Shown in pieces: positions 1 to 9,437 of a stretch of DNA of 64,000 nucleotides. The notes under the pieces were generated by a model that was not told the origin of the DNA, did no database searches, and worked only from the letters and a program-made list of their open reading frames with translations. The position numbers and the translations under genes were made by a program. Within the stretch, counting starts at the first letter, position 1. Each line of letters begins with the position of its first letter. The stretch comes from an uncultured virus (IMG/VR IMGVR_UViG_3300035698_022242) (taxonomy: Duplodnaviria > Heunggongvirae > Uroviricota > Caudoviricetes), in IMG/VR virus record IMGVR_UViG_3300035698_022242, one strand, 5' to 3'.

Positions 1-517
1 AGTTCACTTTCACAAGTTTAGAACGTAAGTCGTTTACTGTCCATCCTTGCCCTGCATCAGTAAGCTTCAACGTAGTTCCAGACGTGGATGTTCCGCTATT
101 CGTTCCGGTGGCTACAGTTGCAGCTTTGTAGACACCCTGTACGCGCAGAGAGCCACTTGGATGTTCAATAGAAAACCCGCCCAGGAAAAAACCAGCAAAA
201 TTACCTGCACCAACGTCAACCAATACAGCATTGCGTACTTTTTTTGGAACTCGCTCAACCGCTTCCTGAATGGTCAAGCAAGCCTTAGCAACACTCAAGC
301 AATCATTCGTGTCCAACCCAGTTAAACGAACATACAAAGTCAGATCGCCAGTCGTAGTATTAACAGTATCAACTAAGATACCATCAAGGATTTGATGAAG
401 GAGCCCGTACACAGTTACCGGACCCTCTACCTGTGGCTCACCATTTGCTGTGATGTATGGCCCAGATCCAAGTAGGAATGGTGCAATAATTGCTAACAAC
501 AGTGCTATTCTAGCCAT
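1..517 (-). CDS. Partial (runs off window) signal-peptide-bearing fibre/spike-like protein
   Basis: Not in ORF track. Manual translation from ATG at 517: MARIALLLAIIAPFLLGSGP...LYVRLTGLDTNDCLSVAKACLTIQEAVERVP..., open to the window edge. The YV-x-x-x-G-x-D-x-N-D...TIQEA motif is typical of beta-helix (DUF1565/pectin-lyase-like) cap regions in fibre proteins. Confidence 0.6.
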   Translation of the reverse strand, partial: MARIALLLAIIAPFLLGSGPYITANGEPQVEGPVTVYGLLHQILDGILVDTVNTTTGDLTLYVRLTGLDTNDCLSVAKACLTIQEAVERVPKKVRNAVLVDVGAGNFAGFFLGGFSIEHPSGSLRVQGVYKAATVATGTNSGTSTSGTTLKLTDAGQGWTVNDLRSKLVKVN

Positions 518-525
518 GTCTGATC

Positions 526-1494
526 TCAATTCTTATTGCCAGTCATCCATGCATCAACTGATACTGCATTTGCATCTATGGCTGTAGCTTCAGCTTTAAT
601 ATACCGATAAGCGTTTCCAGAAACACAAAATACGCACATTTCTCCATGTGCTAAACTATTGCAACTAGTCCAAGCTAGGTCAACCCACGTTGTTCCATCA
701 GGACTTACGAACACATTTGCGTCTGTGAAGGGATCTGCACCATCAGTATTGTGTAAAAAAATACAAACGTTCGGTAGGTCAAGAATTTCAATAGAAGCAA
801 GTACGACTACAGCAGCAGTCCCCACGGTAGCTGTCGTTGTCTTAGCTGGAGCATATGTTCCAGTGTCAACCTTGGAGACTTTTCTTAGATCATTTGCAGA
901 ATCTTCACCTGGCCTGGTAGCTACATCAGTCATCTGAACTTCTTTAGAAGCTCCAACCCGTATCATATCAAGTGTTGCACCATTGTAGCCAAGCATAGCA
1001 GATGAAGTCATCAGACCATGGTTGGACAATGCAATCCCATCAGCAGGATCTAAAAGTATTAATCGCTCCCATCTTGCGTCGTCAGGGTGCCAACCATGTG
1101 AAAAACTTCCAACGTAAGGGGCCACAACTGAATCTGGTATGGTATCAATATCCATTTCCCTGCCCGACCAAACATGAGGAGCCGTGACATCTAAATCATA
1201 AAAATAAGTTAACCCTAAATTCCAGGGCGCTGTCGGCATAGCTGCGGGAGCTATAGTAGCGGTTAGTCCACTCAGAACCTGTGGGACGCCCGCTACCGTG
1301 TCCAAAAAATACCCCACAGATAAGCTAGCATTACCACGAATGGTCGCAGCCAATGTAGCTGCATAGGCTTGCACGTCCACCATCATTGTTTTGTCCGTGT
1401 TATCCCGAATTCGTACACTTGTGTCTTTCACAGACTGTGCAAACACAGGGGCACAAAATAAAAGAATAGTCAAAAATACTATTAATCTCTTCAT
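526..1494 (-). CDS. Signal-peptide protein with C-terminal beta-sandwich (putative virion spike/decoration)
   Basis: 322 aa; MKRLIVFLTILLFCAPVFA|QS is a classic Sec signal; C-terminal beta-rich domain with VSPDGTTW and YRYIK motifs. Confidence 0.55.
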   Translation of the reverse strand: MKRLIVFLTILLFCAPVFAQSVKDTSVRIRDNTDKTMMVDVQAYAATLAATIRGNASLSVGYFLDTVAGVPQVLSGLTATIAPAAMPTAPWNLGLTYFYDLDVTAPHVWSGREMDIDTIPDSVVAPYVGSFSHGWHPDDARWERLILLDPADGIALSNHGLMTSSAMLGYNGATLDMIRVGASKEVQMTDVATRPGEDSANDLRKVSKVDTGTYAPAKTTTATVGTAAVVVLASIEILDLPNVCIFLHNTDGADPFTDANVFVSPDGTTWVDLAWTSCNSLAHGEMCVFCVSGNAYRYIKAEATAIDANAVSVDAWMTGNKN

Positions 1495-1498
1495 AGCA

Positions 1499-1834
1499 TT
1501 ACTCCGTCAGTGTTCCGCGAACATAGTAAGAAGAATTGCCTGTTCCACCAACGATGGTTACAGAACTTACCATAATTGGTTCCTCAATTTCCCCATAAAA
1601 ACCAATAGTACGGAAAGTGATACCCCCGTCCACACTAACGGTAAAACTCTCAGTATCATGTGTATTCTGAATTTTTACTGATTTGGTTGGTGAAGAAAAA
1701 GTAATTACTTCAGTAGCTAATGCCATTATAATCCCGGAAAAATCCTCAGGCGTACCGTATGAAGCTACAGCAGGAACAACAGGAGTATCCCCCCCAGCAA
1801 CTGCAACTCCCCACTCAAAATATTTCGTTGACAT
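1499..1834 (-). CDS. Small beta-sandwich protein (putative structural)
   Basis: 111 aa, beta-strand pattern SVKIQN...VSVDGG; tightly packed in operon. Confidence 0.5.
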   Translation of the reverse strand: MSTKYFEWGVAVAGGDTPVVPAVASYGTPEDFSGIIMALATEVITFSSPTKSVKIQNTHDTESFTVSVDGGITFRTIGFYGEIEEPIMVSSVTIVGGTGNSSYYVRGTLTE

Positions 1835-1837
1835 GTG

Positions 1838-2281
1838 TTAACTCCTTACCTTTACAAAGCAATTTAAATTTACAAAGCGGGGAGCAGAATATTCCTCATA
1901 TGTAGAATATACAAGGAAAACGCGTTCAGACCCAGTTGTATTTGTAATCTTAATTCGAATAGACACACCTACTGGGTCTTCTCGATTAGGATCAAAAAAT
2001 CTTGGAATTACGTTTGTTCCAACGTTTGCTGGGAATATCTTATTAGGATACGACATATGACAAACAATTCTATCCGCAGCACTGGAAAACGTGTGATCTT
2101 CCACTAATTCGCCGTCATGATATACGTCTACTTCATACGTAACGACAGACTCTTGTGGAATAATTGAAAAACTAAGATTTTTAAAAGGAGCATTCGATTT
2201 GGCAGGGCTTACAAACGCAGAACCACTTGCACTTAACGTCACCGTAGACACACCTTGCACACCGATATAAGGTCCAATCAT
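1838..2281 (-). CDS. Hypothetical beta-rich protein (putative structural)
   Basis: 147 aa ORF with GGAGG RBS, operon context. Confidence 0.5.
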   Translation of the reverse strand: MIGPYIGVQGVSTVTLSASGSAFVSPAKSNAPFKNLSFSIIPQESVVTYEVDVYHDGELVEDHTFSSAADRIVCHMSYPNKIFPANVGTNVIPRFFDPNREDPVGVSIRIKITNTTGSERVFLVYSTYEEYSAPRFVNLNCFVKVRS

Positions 2282-2290
2282 ACTATCCTC

Positions 2291-2584
2291 CTAAACAGGT
2301 ATCCCGGCGCAAGTAGGACAATATAATTCAACACCTTCTGGCGCATACGGGAGGTAATTATTTAATGCATGATACTGATCATTATTGATCATTCCAACAT
2401 ATCTAGCTACGTAATTGACATCGCGTGTAATACTATATCCATATCTTCTACTTATATATGACTTATTTACACGCAATTTTTTTAAAACACTAGTAGCCCA
2501 CTTTCTTGCTGCATTATTCGGAATATACAGCGCATAGTGATGTGTAAAATAGTCTTCTTCATAATTTTGAGCACAAACACGCAT
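2291..2584 (-). CDS. Hypothetical protein
   Basis: 97 aa ORF immediately downstream of a promoter-like motif. Confidence 0.5.
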   Translation of the reverse strand: MRVCAQNYEEDYFTHHYALYIPNNAARKWATSVLKKLRVNKSYISRRYGYSITRDVNYVARYVGMINNDQYHALNNYLPYAPEGVELYCPTCAGIPV

Positions 2585-2592
2585 TTGCTAGC

Positions 2593-2625
2593 AGTGTAGC
2601 ATATTAATGCGCGGAGTTTTCAACT
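2593..2625 (-). promoter_or_regulatory. Putative long-spacer promoter AGTTGA-N21-TACACT
   Basis: Matches recurring upstream motif; -10 lies 8 nt before ATG 2584. Confidence 0.4.
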
Positions 2626-2659
2626 TCTGTTTATTGTATTTCAGAAATGTTACAGAGGT

Positions 2660-3013
2660 TTATGCGACGGGGGCGGGTAACGGAAGCAATCCACCTTCTT
2701 TATCAAGATCATTGATCATTTGCTCAATTTTCTTCTTCATTTCTTCGGTTTTTTCAACTTCTTTAATCAAAATTGCACGAGCATGCCTTTTTAAGCCTGG
2801 ATATGGACCCAACATCTGTTCTACCTCTACTGCGTAAAAACGACCGCTGTACCCTGGTCGCGACTTTCCATTTTTACCATCAGCAAAGGCCATTTCAACG
2901 TACACAACTGTATCACCAGTCTTGACAATCTTCTCTGTGACGTCAACACGTCGTTTTTGATCACAAATTTCGATGAAAACAAAGTCCCAAACAGCAATAT
3001 ATTTAGGCTCCAT
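2660..3013 (-). CDS. Hypothetical protein
   Basis: 117 aa, AGGAGG RBS, own sigma70-type promoter. Confidence 0.65.
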   Translation of the reverse strand: MEPKYIAVWDFVFIEICDQKRRVDVTEKIVKTGDTVVYVEMAFADGKNGKSRPGYSGRFYAVEVEQMLGPYPGLKRHARAILIKEVEKTEEMKKKIEQMINDLDKEGGLLPLPAPVA

Positions 3014-3030
3014 AATAACCTCCTGTATAT

Positions 3031-3058
3031 AGTATAGGAGGATTTAGCCAGGTGTCAA
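3031..3058 (-). promoter_or_regulatory. Sigma70-type promoter TTGACA-N16-TATACT
   Basis: Perfect -35 and near-perfect -10 upstream of the RBS of 2660..3013. Confidence 0.6.
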
Positions 3059-3087
3059 CTAGAAGTTTACATACATTAATGCAGATT

Positions 3088-3372
3088 CTACACACCCTTT
3101 TCCCAACTGTAATCCGTGTCATTCCATATGTCTTTAGTAGTTTGTTGCTCTCCAATATTTTCTAAAATTTCTGACATAATATCCATAAAAGAAGAGTATT
3201 CAACCTCGTATATTCCTTGAAGTATTTTAGACGCTTCAGATGCATCCTCTGACACATATGATAGGACGTGTCTTAACACCTCATCTGTGCTAACAAAATC
3301 ATACCCATGAAGAAAATCACGTACAACCGATTCCCATGGATTATGCTCCCACACAAGCGATTCAGAAGTCAT
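3088..3372 (-). CDS. Hypothetical acidic protein
   Basis: ORF 3088..3396; ATG at 3372 overlaps the end of the upstream gene. Confidence 0.5.
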   Translation of the reverse strand: MTSESLVWEHNPWESVVRDFLHGYDFVSTDEVLRHVLSYVSEDASEASKILQGIYEVEYSSFMDIMSEILENIGEQQTTKDIWNDTDYSWEKGV

Positions 3373-4780
3373 TGGTATCCGTCCAGTACGAATCATCTAT
3401 ACCGAGATCGTCAATCACGTTCTCTAATTGCATTAAGGAATCATCAGAGTATTTATCTTTCTTTTTCTTGCGTTTTCCGCCTTGTTCATCGTTCAATAAT
3501 AGATTAACCTGCTCTTCATCAAGGTCACCTTCAGGAAGCTCTTCTTCGATAGGAATATCCTCATCCTCTATATCCTCATCCCCTATTTCTGGGATATCGA
3601 TAACATCGTCTAATTCGCCAATATCTTCAATTGTGTACTTTCTTTTCATATCTTGGATTATTTGTGGGTCCTCTACACCAGCACCAGCACGAGCACCAAC
3701 ATACCCTAACCAATCCCTGTATTGCTCCCGAATATACCGCCCACGTACATCATTTGAAAATCTCTTGTAAATAAAATTCTCCATAGTGTTCGCATCATTA
3801 CTATTTTGTGCTGCGTAGTATTCATCTAAATTTTTTCCGCCGTTTTTAAATGCATCGAGTGGCGGGGCAGGGGGTGCTCCCTGAACGCCGGGAAGTTTTC
3901 CTTCTTTACATATTGCTTTCCAAAATGAATACAAATCTTCCACAGGAATTTTATTCTTTAATTTTCCCATCAAATTTTTCTTATTAGTACCAAAAATTGT
4001 AGCACTTTCATAATCTGGGTTACTGGCCGATCCTCCAGCTTCGCTTATACCCCGGATAGCTTGGTCATAATACTCTGGATCTGTTAATTGTAAATACGAT
4101 TTTAACATACCTAACAAATATGGTTTTGGAAGATTCTTAAAATGTTTTTTATTTTCACCTTCACCTACCGGAGCAGCTATTTCGCTATCCTTCTTAGGAG
4201 AACCTACTAGCTCCATTATCTGATACCATAGAACATTATGTAACGATGCTTTTTCTGTCTCTGTGAGTGCACTAAAATCGATATCATCCGTATCGTCTGG
4301 GAGGTCATCCGACACAAATTCTTTATTAAGGAGATCTGGGTCTTTAAACGTTAAATTCTTTGTATTTCGCATTCTATCTTTCTCATCTTTATCATATCCG
4401 CCGCCGCCTGATGGCCATGTACGCGGTGTCGCGGTGTCCTGTGACCACTCTGACCGAGAATTGTCCGTAAAGTCACGCATATTTTTTGGATTTATTGCTT
4501 TGCGTCGATGCATACTTGCGCCTGCAGGTACCCCTTCATCGAGCATGTCATCCACAACGCCCAACACCGTCCCTGCATCGATTAAATCGATAATATCGTT
4601 TATTAAAATTGATTTATTGCCAAGAGCAGACCATGTAACAATCTCGTCATCATAAAACTTCTTTTGATCATCGGGAAGCTCTTTTATTAGATTTGTAAGA
4701 ATACCAACAACATCAGGAAGACTAAATGCAGACAACATATCAAAAATTTCTTGTTCTTCTTGCGAACTAAGTAGCTTCAT
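3362..4780 (-). CDS. Hypothetical acidic protein (possible head-associated)
   Basis: 472 aa, AGGAG RBS, D/E-rich C-terminus. Confidence 0.65.
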   Translation of the reverse strand: MKLLSSQEEQEIFDMLSAFSLPDVVGILTNLIKELPDDQKKFYDDEIVTWSALGNKSILINDIIDLIDAGTVLGVVDDMLDEGVPAGASMHRRKAINPKNMRDFTDNSRSEWSQDTATPRTWPSGGGGYDKDEKDRMRNTKNLTFKDPDLLNKEFVSDDLPDDTDDIDFSALTETEKASLHNVLWYQIMELVGSPKKDSEIAAPVGEGENKKHFKNLPKPYLLGMLKSYLQLTDPEYYDQAIRGISEAGGSASNPDYESATIFGTNKKNLMGKLKNKIPVEDLYSFWKAICKEGKLPGVQGAPPAPPLDAFKNGGKNLDEYYAAQNSNDANTMENFIYKRFSNDVRGRYIREQYRDWLGYVGARAGAGVEDPQIIQDMKRKYTIEDIGELDDVIDIPEIGDEDIEDEDIPIEEELPEGDLDEEQVNLLLNDEQGGKRKKKKDKYSDDSLMQLENVIDDLGIDDSYWTDTNDF

Positions 4781-4817
4781 AAAAAATTCTCCTAAACATG
4801 GCGTATCTACGTCGTAA

Positions 4818-4849
4818 ATACTACCATATTTAAGAGAAGTTATTTAACT
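4818..4849 (-). promoter_or_regulatory. Putative long-spacer promoter AGTTAA-N20-TAGTAT
   Basis: Recurring motif; extended -10 TGG. Confidence 0.4.
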
Positions 4850-5161
4850 TTTGTCTTTGCTAGATACTAACCGTGTGACCGTACGAAAAATGCGGTCAAA
4901 GACAACAAAAAATAAGACAACAACGTACACTGACCCAAACATATGTCCCGCAGCGATGCACGGGGCAGGGTCACCTTCGCCTGTCACGTGTAAGCACAAA
5001 GCAAACACATAACAAAGCAACGCACCCACAACACCGGCACCCGCTAATTTTCCAGGACCACGCGAATACGCGATCATATCCACGATACCGCGTAACATCA
5101 AGTAAATTCCGGCGAGTAAAGCAAACTCCGCGAGTAAGGATCCGTTATTTTTCTGGGTCAT
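4844..5161 (-). CDS. Small membrane protein (about 3 TM helices)
   Basis: 105 aa, three hydrophobic segments, AAGGAGG RBS. Confidence 0.65.
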   Translation of the reverse strand: MTQKNNGSLLAEFALLAGIYLMLRGIVDMIAYSRGPGKLAGAGVVGALLCYVFALCLHVTGEGDPAPCIAAGHMFGSVYVVVLFFVVFDRIFRTVTRLVSSKDKS

Positions 5162-5181
5162 GACATGTCCTCCTTACACCT

Positions 5182-5210
5182 AGTATAAGATACTGTATGC
5201 GGACTGTCAA
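5182..5210 (-). promoter_or_regulatory. Sigma70-type promoter TTGACA-N17-TATACT
   Basis: Near-consensus hexamers with 17-nt spacer upstream of 4844..5161. Confidence 0.7.
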
Positions 5211-5225
5211 CCACAAATTAGAATA

Positions 5226-5828
5226 TTAACCTACAGGAGGGATTTGATCATGCGTTGGGTAGGGTATGAAATGCCCAGAATTATCATAATACCCTTGCTG
5301 ATCGTTTTGCACAGGCGTATCGTCTAATGAAAACTGTTGCATTAAATCTTGTAAATAACTATCCTCATCTTCATACACTGGACCTGAGAAAGAATCAGAA
5401 TAAAGACTTGTTATACTATCCCAACTAACATTTCCCATGGCTGCATGCACAAGATCACTATAAGGTGCGGACAACTTAGACACACCGTTTGCAATAAAGT
5501 TATAAAGGTAACTAGATACAACGTATTCAATATTCGCAATACTGTGCGTTTTATCGAATTCTTCTTTTGCTAATGCCTTTAATTTTTTACCAATTTTTGC
5601 GTTATTAGCAACAAATTCAGCTACCGCTTGTGTCTCATAATTAACATACGAAGGAGAATCCCAATCTATGTTTGGTCCGCTGTCCTCATCTTCGTCAGTC
5701 CCCCACTCTGATGGGCCAGACCCCTGGTCCTCTTGTGCCCACACCCAAAAGCCTTCTCCGAGATCGTCTGGGTAATACGCAAGTGCATATTTATGTAATT
5801 TTGCATAAAGAGTTGAAAGCATCGGCAT
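5226..5828 (-). CDS. Hypothetical acidic protein
   Basis: ORF 5226..5858; ATG 5828 has AGGAGG RBS. Confidence 0.6.
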   Translation of the reverse strand: MPMLSTLYAKLHKYALAYYPDDLGEGFWVWAQEDQGSGPSEWGTDEDEDSGPNIDWDSPSYVNYETQAVAEFVANNAKIGKKLKALAKEEFDKTHSIANIEYVVSSYLYNFIANGVSKLSAPYSDLVHAAMGNVSWDSITSLYSDSFSGPVYEDEDSYLQDLMQQFSLDDTPVQNDQQGYYDNSGHFIPYPTHDQIPPVG

Positions 5829-5848
5829 GTTTCCTCCTAATAAAACAC

Positions 5849-5881
5849 AGCATACCATGCAAAAACTTTTATTAGTTAATT
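5849..5881 (-). promoter_or_regulatory. Putative long-spacer promoter AATTAA-N21-TATGCT
   Basis: Recurring motif with TGG extended -10. Confidence 0.35.
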
Positions 5882-6654
5882 TATGTATGGATTCTAAGGT
5901 TTGTTATGAATTCTGCATTACTATCGTACGCCAAATAACCAAAAGGATTGCACATTATATGTGTTTTATCAAATTTATAATTAAAACTAGAATGTGTATG
6001 ACCATGCACCCATAATTTAGGCTTTGTAGCAGTAATTAATTCAGATAAATCACACCCAAAAAACTGATTTATTTGAGAATTAGCATATTGTTGATGAATG
6101 CTATTTGGCAGAGGAAAATGATGTGTCACCACAATAGAATTTGGAGTTGTATGCCAATCTAGGAAATTTATTGCTTTTTCATGATATTTTTTTACATCAT
6201 CCTTAAATTTACCAATTAATGTAAAATCATTAAGTAAATTCGATACAGGATAATCACGTTCTGGTGTATAATCAAACCATAAAGTTGTCCCAACAAAATC
6301 AAAACCACAAAGACGTACTAATTTGTTCTCTAATATTGTTAAATTATCAAATTCTAATTCTAATTCATGTAAATAGGATAACCCAGCATCAATAGATGGC
6401 ATGCCGTAAAACTCATGATTCCCTGGAGTGAACAACACGGCACTATCTCGGTACTTGGTGCATAATAGTGAAAACACCTCATGAGCCGCACTCTTATCCT
6501 TTAGCGGGATTAAATCCCCGGCGATTACCAGCACGTCAACCCCAGTAGAATCCATACTATTAATAAAGGATCTTCCTAGATCTCTATGAAACTCCACATG
6601 TAAATCAGACAATACTTGTAGGATCATTATCATTATCCTTTTTATCGAATACAT
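5881..6654 (-). CDS. Calcineurin-like metallophosphoesterase
   Basis: Motifs SDLH, AGD, GNHE, THH, HGHTH in order; true start probably 6627 or 6633. Confidence 0.9.
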   Translation of the reverse strand: MYSIKRIMIMILQVLSDLHVEFHRDLGRSFINSMDSTGVDVLVIAGDLIPLKDKSAAHEVFSLLCTKYRDSAVLFTPGNHEFYGMPSIDAGLSYLHELELEFDNLTILENKLVRLCGFDFVGTTLWFDYTPERDYPVSNLLNDFTLIGKFKDDVKKYHEKAINFLDWHTTPNSIVVTHHFPLPNSIHQQYANSQINQFFGCDLSELITATKPKLWVHGHTHSSFNYKFDKTHIMCNPFGYLAYDSNAEFITNLRIHT

Positions 6655-6802
6655 CTAATGGAAGTTCTATAAGTCTTCCTATATTGGGCATATCTAAAAC
6701 AAAATATTCTTTTCCACATTTTTCTTCTATAGAAAAAAGATCTTTTTTGGCTTTTTCATTTAATGCCTGAATCATTTGAATTATTTTTTCTTTATTTTTC
6801 AT
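6605..6802 (-). CDS. Hypothetical protein
   Basis: 65 aa, ATGA overlap with the upstream gene. Confidence 0.45.
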   Translation of the reverse strand: MKNKEKIIQMIQALNEKAKKDLFSIEEKCGKEYFVLDMPNIGRLIELPLDVFDKKDNDNDPTSIV

Positions 6803-7206
6803 CTACTGGACACATAACTCACGCACACAAACACGCCAACAGTAGTAGTTGGCAGTTCTTTGTACACTCTGAAATTAATAGGGAGGGGAATAGAAGCAGA
6901 TTGTAGCTGCGCTGCAGCATTATCTTTTAATCCGACAGTTATTGGAGAAAGAAAATAGTATATAAATCGATTAGGATCTATACTTAATTCATGTATATCA
7001 GATCGATCACGAATTACTGTATAGAGATTGATCATATCTTTATCATGATCGTAGATGCCAATTAACGCGTTTATAACCCCCTCACGACTATGCACACACG
7101 CTTCAAGTACCCCACTATAGAACGCCTTTCCAACAAGATCCTGCATAGGGACTGTTTTCGCAAGTGTAGTGTGCACAGAGTGCTGTACCTGTTTCTTAAG
7201 TAGCAT
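6799..7206 (-). CDS. Hypothetical protein
   Basis: 135 aa ORF in operon. Confidence 0.5.
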   Translation of the reverse strand: MLLKKQVQHSVHTTLAKTVPMQDLVGKAFYSGVLEACVHSREGVINALIGIYDHDKDMINLYTVIRDRSDIHELSIDPNRFIYYFLSPITVGLKDNAAAQLQSASIPLPINFRVYKELPTTTVGVFVCVSYVSSR

Positions 7207-7216
7207 TTTTATATGC

Positions 7217-7405
7217 CTAGCTTAATGATTTATGAAGAAGATCCGTAATATAATTCTGAATGGTAGTAGATTCATTTGCCACACGCATACGCAGCTTTTT
7301 ATGTAAATCATCTTCTAATCTAATGTGAATCTTTTTACGATACGCCTGCATAGAAAAACTTTTTGCCGCAGCTAAGATAGCCTTTCCTAAATTTTTAACT
7401 TCCAT
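7217..7405 (-). CDS. Ribbon-helix-helix DNA-binding protein
   Basis: KKIHIRLEDDLHKKLRMRVANESTTIQNYITDLL fits the Arc/ParG-type RHH pattern. Confidence 0.7.
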   Translation of the reverse strand: MEVKNLGKAILAAAKSFSMQAYRKKIHIRLEDDLHKKLRMRVANESTTIQNYITDLLHKSLS

Positions 7406-7622
7406 CGTATTTTCCCTTTCTAAGAGCCTTTACCTTATCATATGAAATGTTGTATACACGCGAATTTTTAGCACACGGAATAAATTTAGCTAAAAATCCA
7501 TTTTTATTATTTGAATCTTCCGCTATCAAACAAATAAACAAACCATCATAAAGAGTGACCCAAACGTCTTCTTCAGCAGCAATTAACTTTACTAAAGCTG
7601 AATACTCTGGTTTAGTGCTCAT
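7395..7622 (-). CDS. Hypothetical protein
   Basis: 75 aa, overlaps neighbours in operon. Confidence 0.5.
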   Translation of the reverse strand: MSTKPEYSALVKLIAAEEDVWVTLYDGLFICLIAEDSNNKNGFLAKFIPCAKNSRVYNISYDKVKALRKGKYDGS

Positions 7623-7827
7623 TTCTTTGCCACTTACTCCAGTTATGAGAAGTCTTGCTATGCGCCGAGATCATTTTACAAAATGTAGTTTTTTGACACT
7701 TATCGCACGAAACACCTAAATCACTCAATTCCACCTCATCGCTGTCTCTATCAGCAATCTCGGATATACCCAACAAGATATCCTGGATATTCCCACAAGA
7801 CAAGCATTTAAACTGGTACATAGGCAT
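7612..7827 (-). CDS. FmdB-family zinc-ribbon protein
   Basis: MPMYQFKCLSCG...CDKC signature. Confidence 0.85.
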   Translation of the reverse strand: MPMYQFKCLSCGNIQDILLGISEIADRDSDEVELSDLGVSCDKCQKTTFCKMISAHSKTSHNWSKWQRNEH

Positions 7828-7830
7828 ATG

Positions 7831-8409
7831 TCACCCGTCCATTCGTGCGGCCCAGTTGAACACAGAAGAAAAGTAAGTGCTATCTTCTCTCTGTTCGTCT
7901 GGTTTTTCGTAATCATACATATTATCTGGAATATTTAAAATATATGCTTCAGTAGTACCAACATTCATAAACCCATGATAAATATTCTCAGGAATAACAA
8001 TTAACATTGGATCGTAATCATTTACAACTAAATCTAAAACTTTTTCATAATTATGCGAAACGGTGCATATGTCATTCACACACCCGACAGCAAGTGTATT
8101 AGTCATATTTGTCCGCATATTTACTTCAGTGAACGTACTGCGTACACAACCAAACCGAACAATCCCACGAAGCAGAATCATGCGGTCAGTTTGATGATTG
8201 TGCATATGCCAGGCTTTTGTAATGCCTGGTTGAACAGTAGTCACATAAGCTTGCCCAAAACCGCCGATTCCTAGAAAATAGGGGGAATCTGCGCGAAGAC
8301 ACTCCAATAACTTACCCCTACCGTCCGCGTGCCATAGACGACCTTCTACTTGAATTGGGGTTTTTACAACAGGCTTGTAAAACTCAGAGTCACATGTACA
8401 GGGTTTCAT
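7831..8409 (-). CDS. rmlC: dTDP-4-dehydrorhamnose 3,5-epimerase-like cupin
   Basis: DGRG, FGQAY, KAWHMHNHQTD, IPENIYHGF, YDYEKPDEQR motifs. Confidence 0.85.
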   Translation of the reverse strand: MKPCTCDSEFYKPVVKTPIQVEGRLWHADGRGKLLECLRADSPYFLGIGGFGQAYVTTVQPGITKAWHMHNHQTDRMILLRGIVRFGCVRSTFTEVNMRTNMTNTLAVGCVNDICTVSHNYEKVLDLVVNDYDPMLIVIPENIYHGFMNVGTTEAYILNIPDNMYDYEKPDEQREDSTYFSSVFNWAARMDG

Positions 8410-8445
8410 TAATTAACCTCCTGACACATTATACCGCAGGAGGCG

Positions 8446-8643
8446 CTAATTAAGATTACGAACTGCGGCAGACGTACGATCTAGTCTCTCAGACAACCTG
8501 TGCATCTTAGCATACAATACGATAAATGAAAGATCTTTCTCACCTATCGCCCCCTCAGAGACAAGTTTCTCAACTTCTTCATCAAACGTGCCATTACAGC
8601 TAGCTAATTTTTCAATTAAGCCTTTGAATTTGTAATAAAGCAT
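8446..8643 (-). CDS. Hypothetical protein
   Basis: 65 aa ORF in operon. Confidence 0.45.
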   Translation of the reverse strand: MLYYKFKGLIEKLASCNGTFDEEVEKLVSEGAIGEKDLSFIVLYAKMHRLSERLDRTSAAVRNLN

Positions 8644-8646
8644 TTT

Positions 8647-9009
8647 TTAACCCCTATCGCGCAATTTTTCTAACTTTTCGTCTATCTGCGTTATTTTATT
8701 ATGGATGGTGTCTATGTGATGCGTAATTAATTGAATTTCGTTATTAAGCTCGTTACGTAATTGTTCATTAGCTTGATCAATAATTTTTTCATATGATTGT
8801 GCGCGAATGAGATCTTCAGAGCATCTTCTTTGTTCGGTTTCTAACCGTAATACAAAACTTTTTAATTCACTGATTAAAAGCTCTAAAGCCTTAATTTTAT
8901 CATCAATACCTTTAAATGTTCGCGCAGATAAAACTTTAATCCACGCTATCGATCCAAGAGCGGCAAGTAATGCAATGATGCTTAAAATTTGTGGAGTATC
9001 TATTTGCAT
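8647..9009 (-). CDS. N-terminal TM + coiled-coil protein (holin-like architecture)
   Basis: One hydrophobic helix (ILSIIALLAALGSIAWI) followed by heptad-rich region. Confidence 0.5.
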   Translation of the reverse strand: MQIDTPQILSIIALLAALGSIAWIKVLSARTFKGIDDKIKALELLISELKSFVLRLETEQRRCSEDLIRAQSYEKIIDQANEQLRNELNNEIQLITHHIDTIHNKITQIDEKLEKLRDRG

Positions 9010-9023
9010 GGGTAATCCCCTGT

Positions 9024-9419
9024 CTATGCGCCTTTAATAAATGAAAAAACTTCTTGTGAGAATGCCTTAGGAGAAAGCGGTTTAGAAAAAACCTTGCTTA
9101 CACCATGTTTTGCTGCCTGGTACTCTAGCTCAGCCCCCTTGATAGCAGACATAACAAAAACAGGGATTTTAAACATTGGAAAACGTTTCCTAAGTTCTCT
9201 TATAAACTCCCAGCCGTCCATCTTCGCCATCAAAATATCTGTTATAATCAATTCATAATTATTGTCTTTTACAAGCCCTAAGGCATCTATTGCACTTGAC
9301 ACAATATCAATACTTAAATCCCAATCAGACGAATAATATTTTTTTGCATACTTATCCAAGCAATCCTTAACTAAATTAAGAATTATTTCATCGTCATCAA
9401 CAACAAGTATGCGGGCCAT
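9024..9419 (-). CDS. Single-domain response regulator receiver (CheY-like)
   Basis: RILVVDDD acidic pocket, phospho-acceptor IITDILM, MDGWEF, MSA, and KP all present. Confidence 0.93.
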   Translation of the reverse strand: MARILVVDDDEIILNLVKDCLDKYAKKYYSSDWDLSIDIVSSAIDALGLVKDNNYELIITDILMAKMDGWEFIRELRKRFPMFKIPVFVMSAIKGAELEYQAAKHGVSKVFSKPLSPKAFSQEVFSFIKGA

Positions 9420-9437
9420 TAACGCACTCCTACGCGT

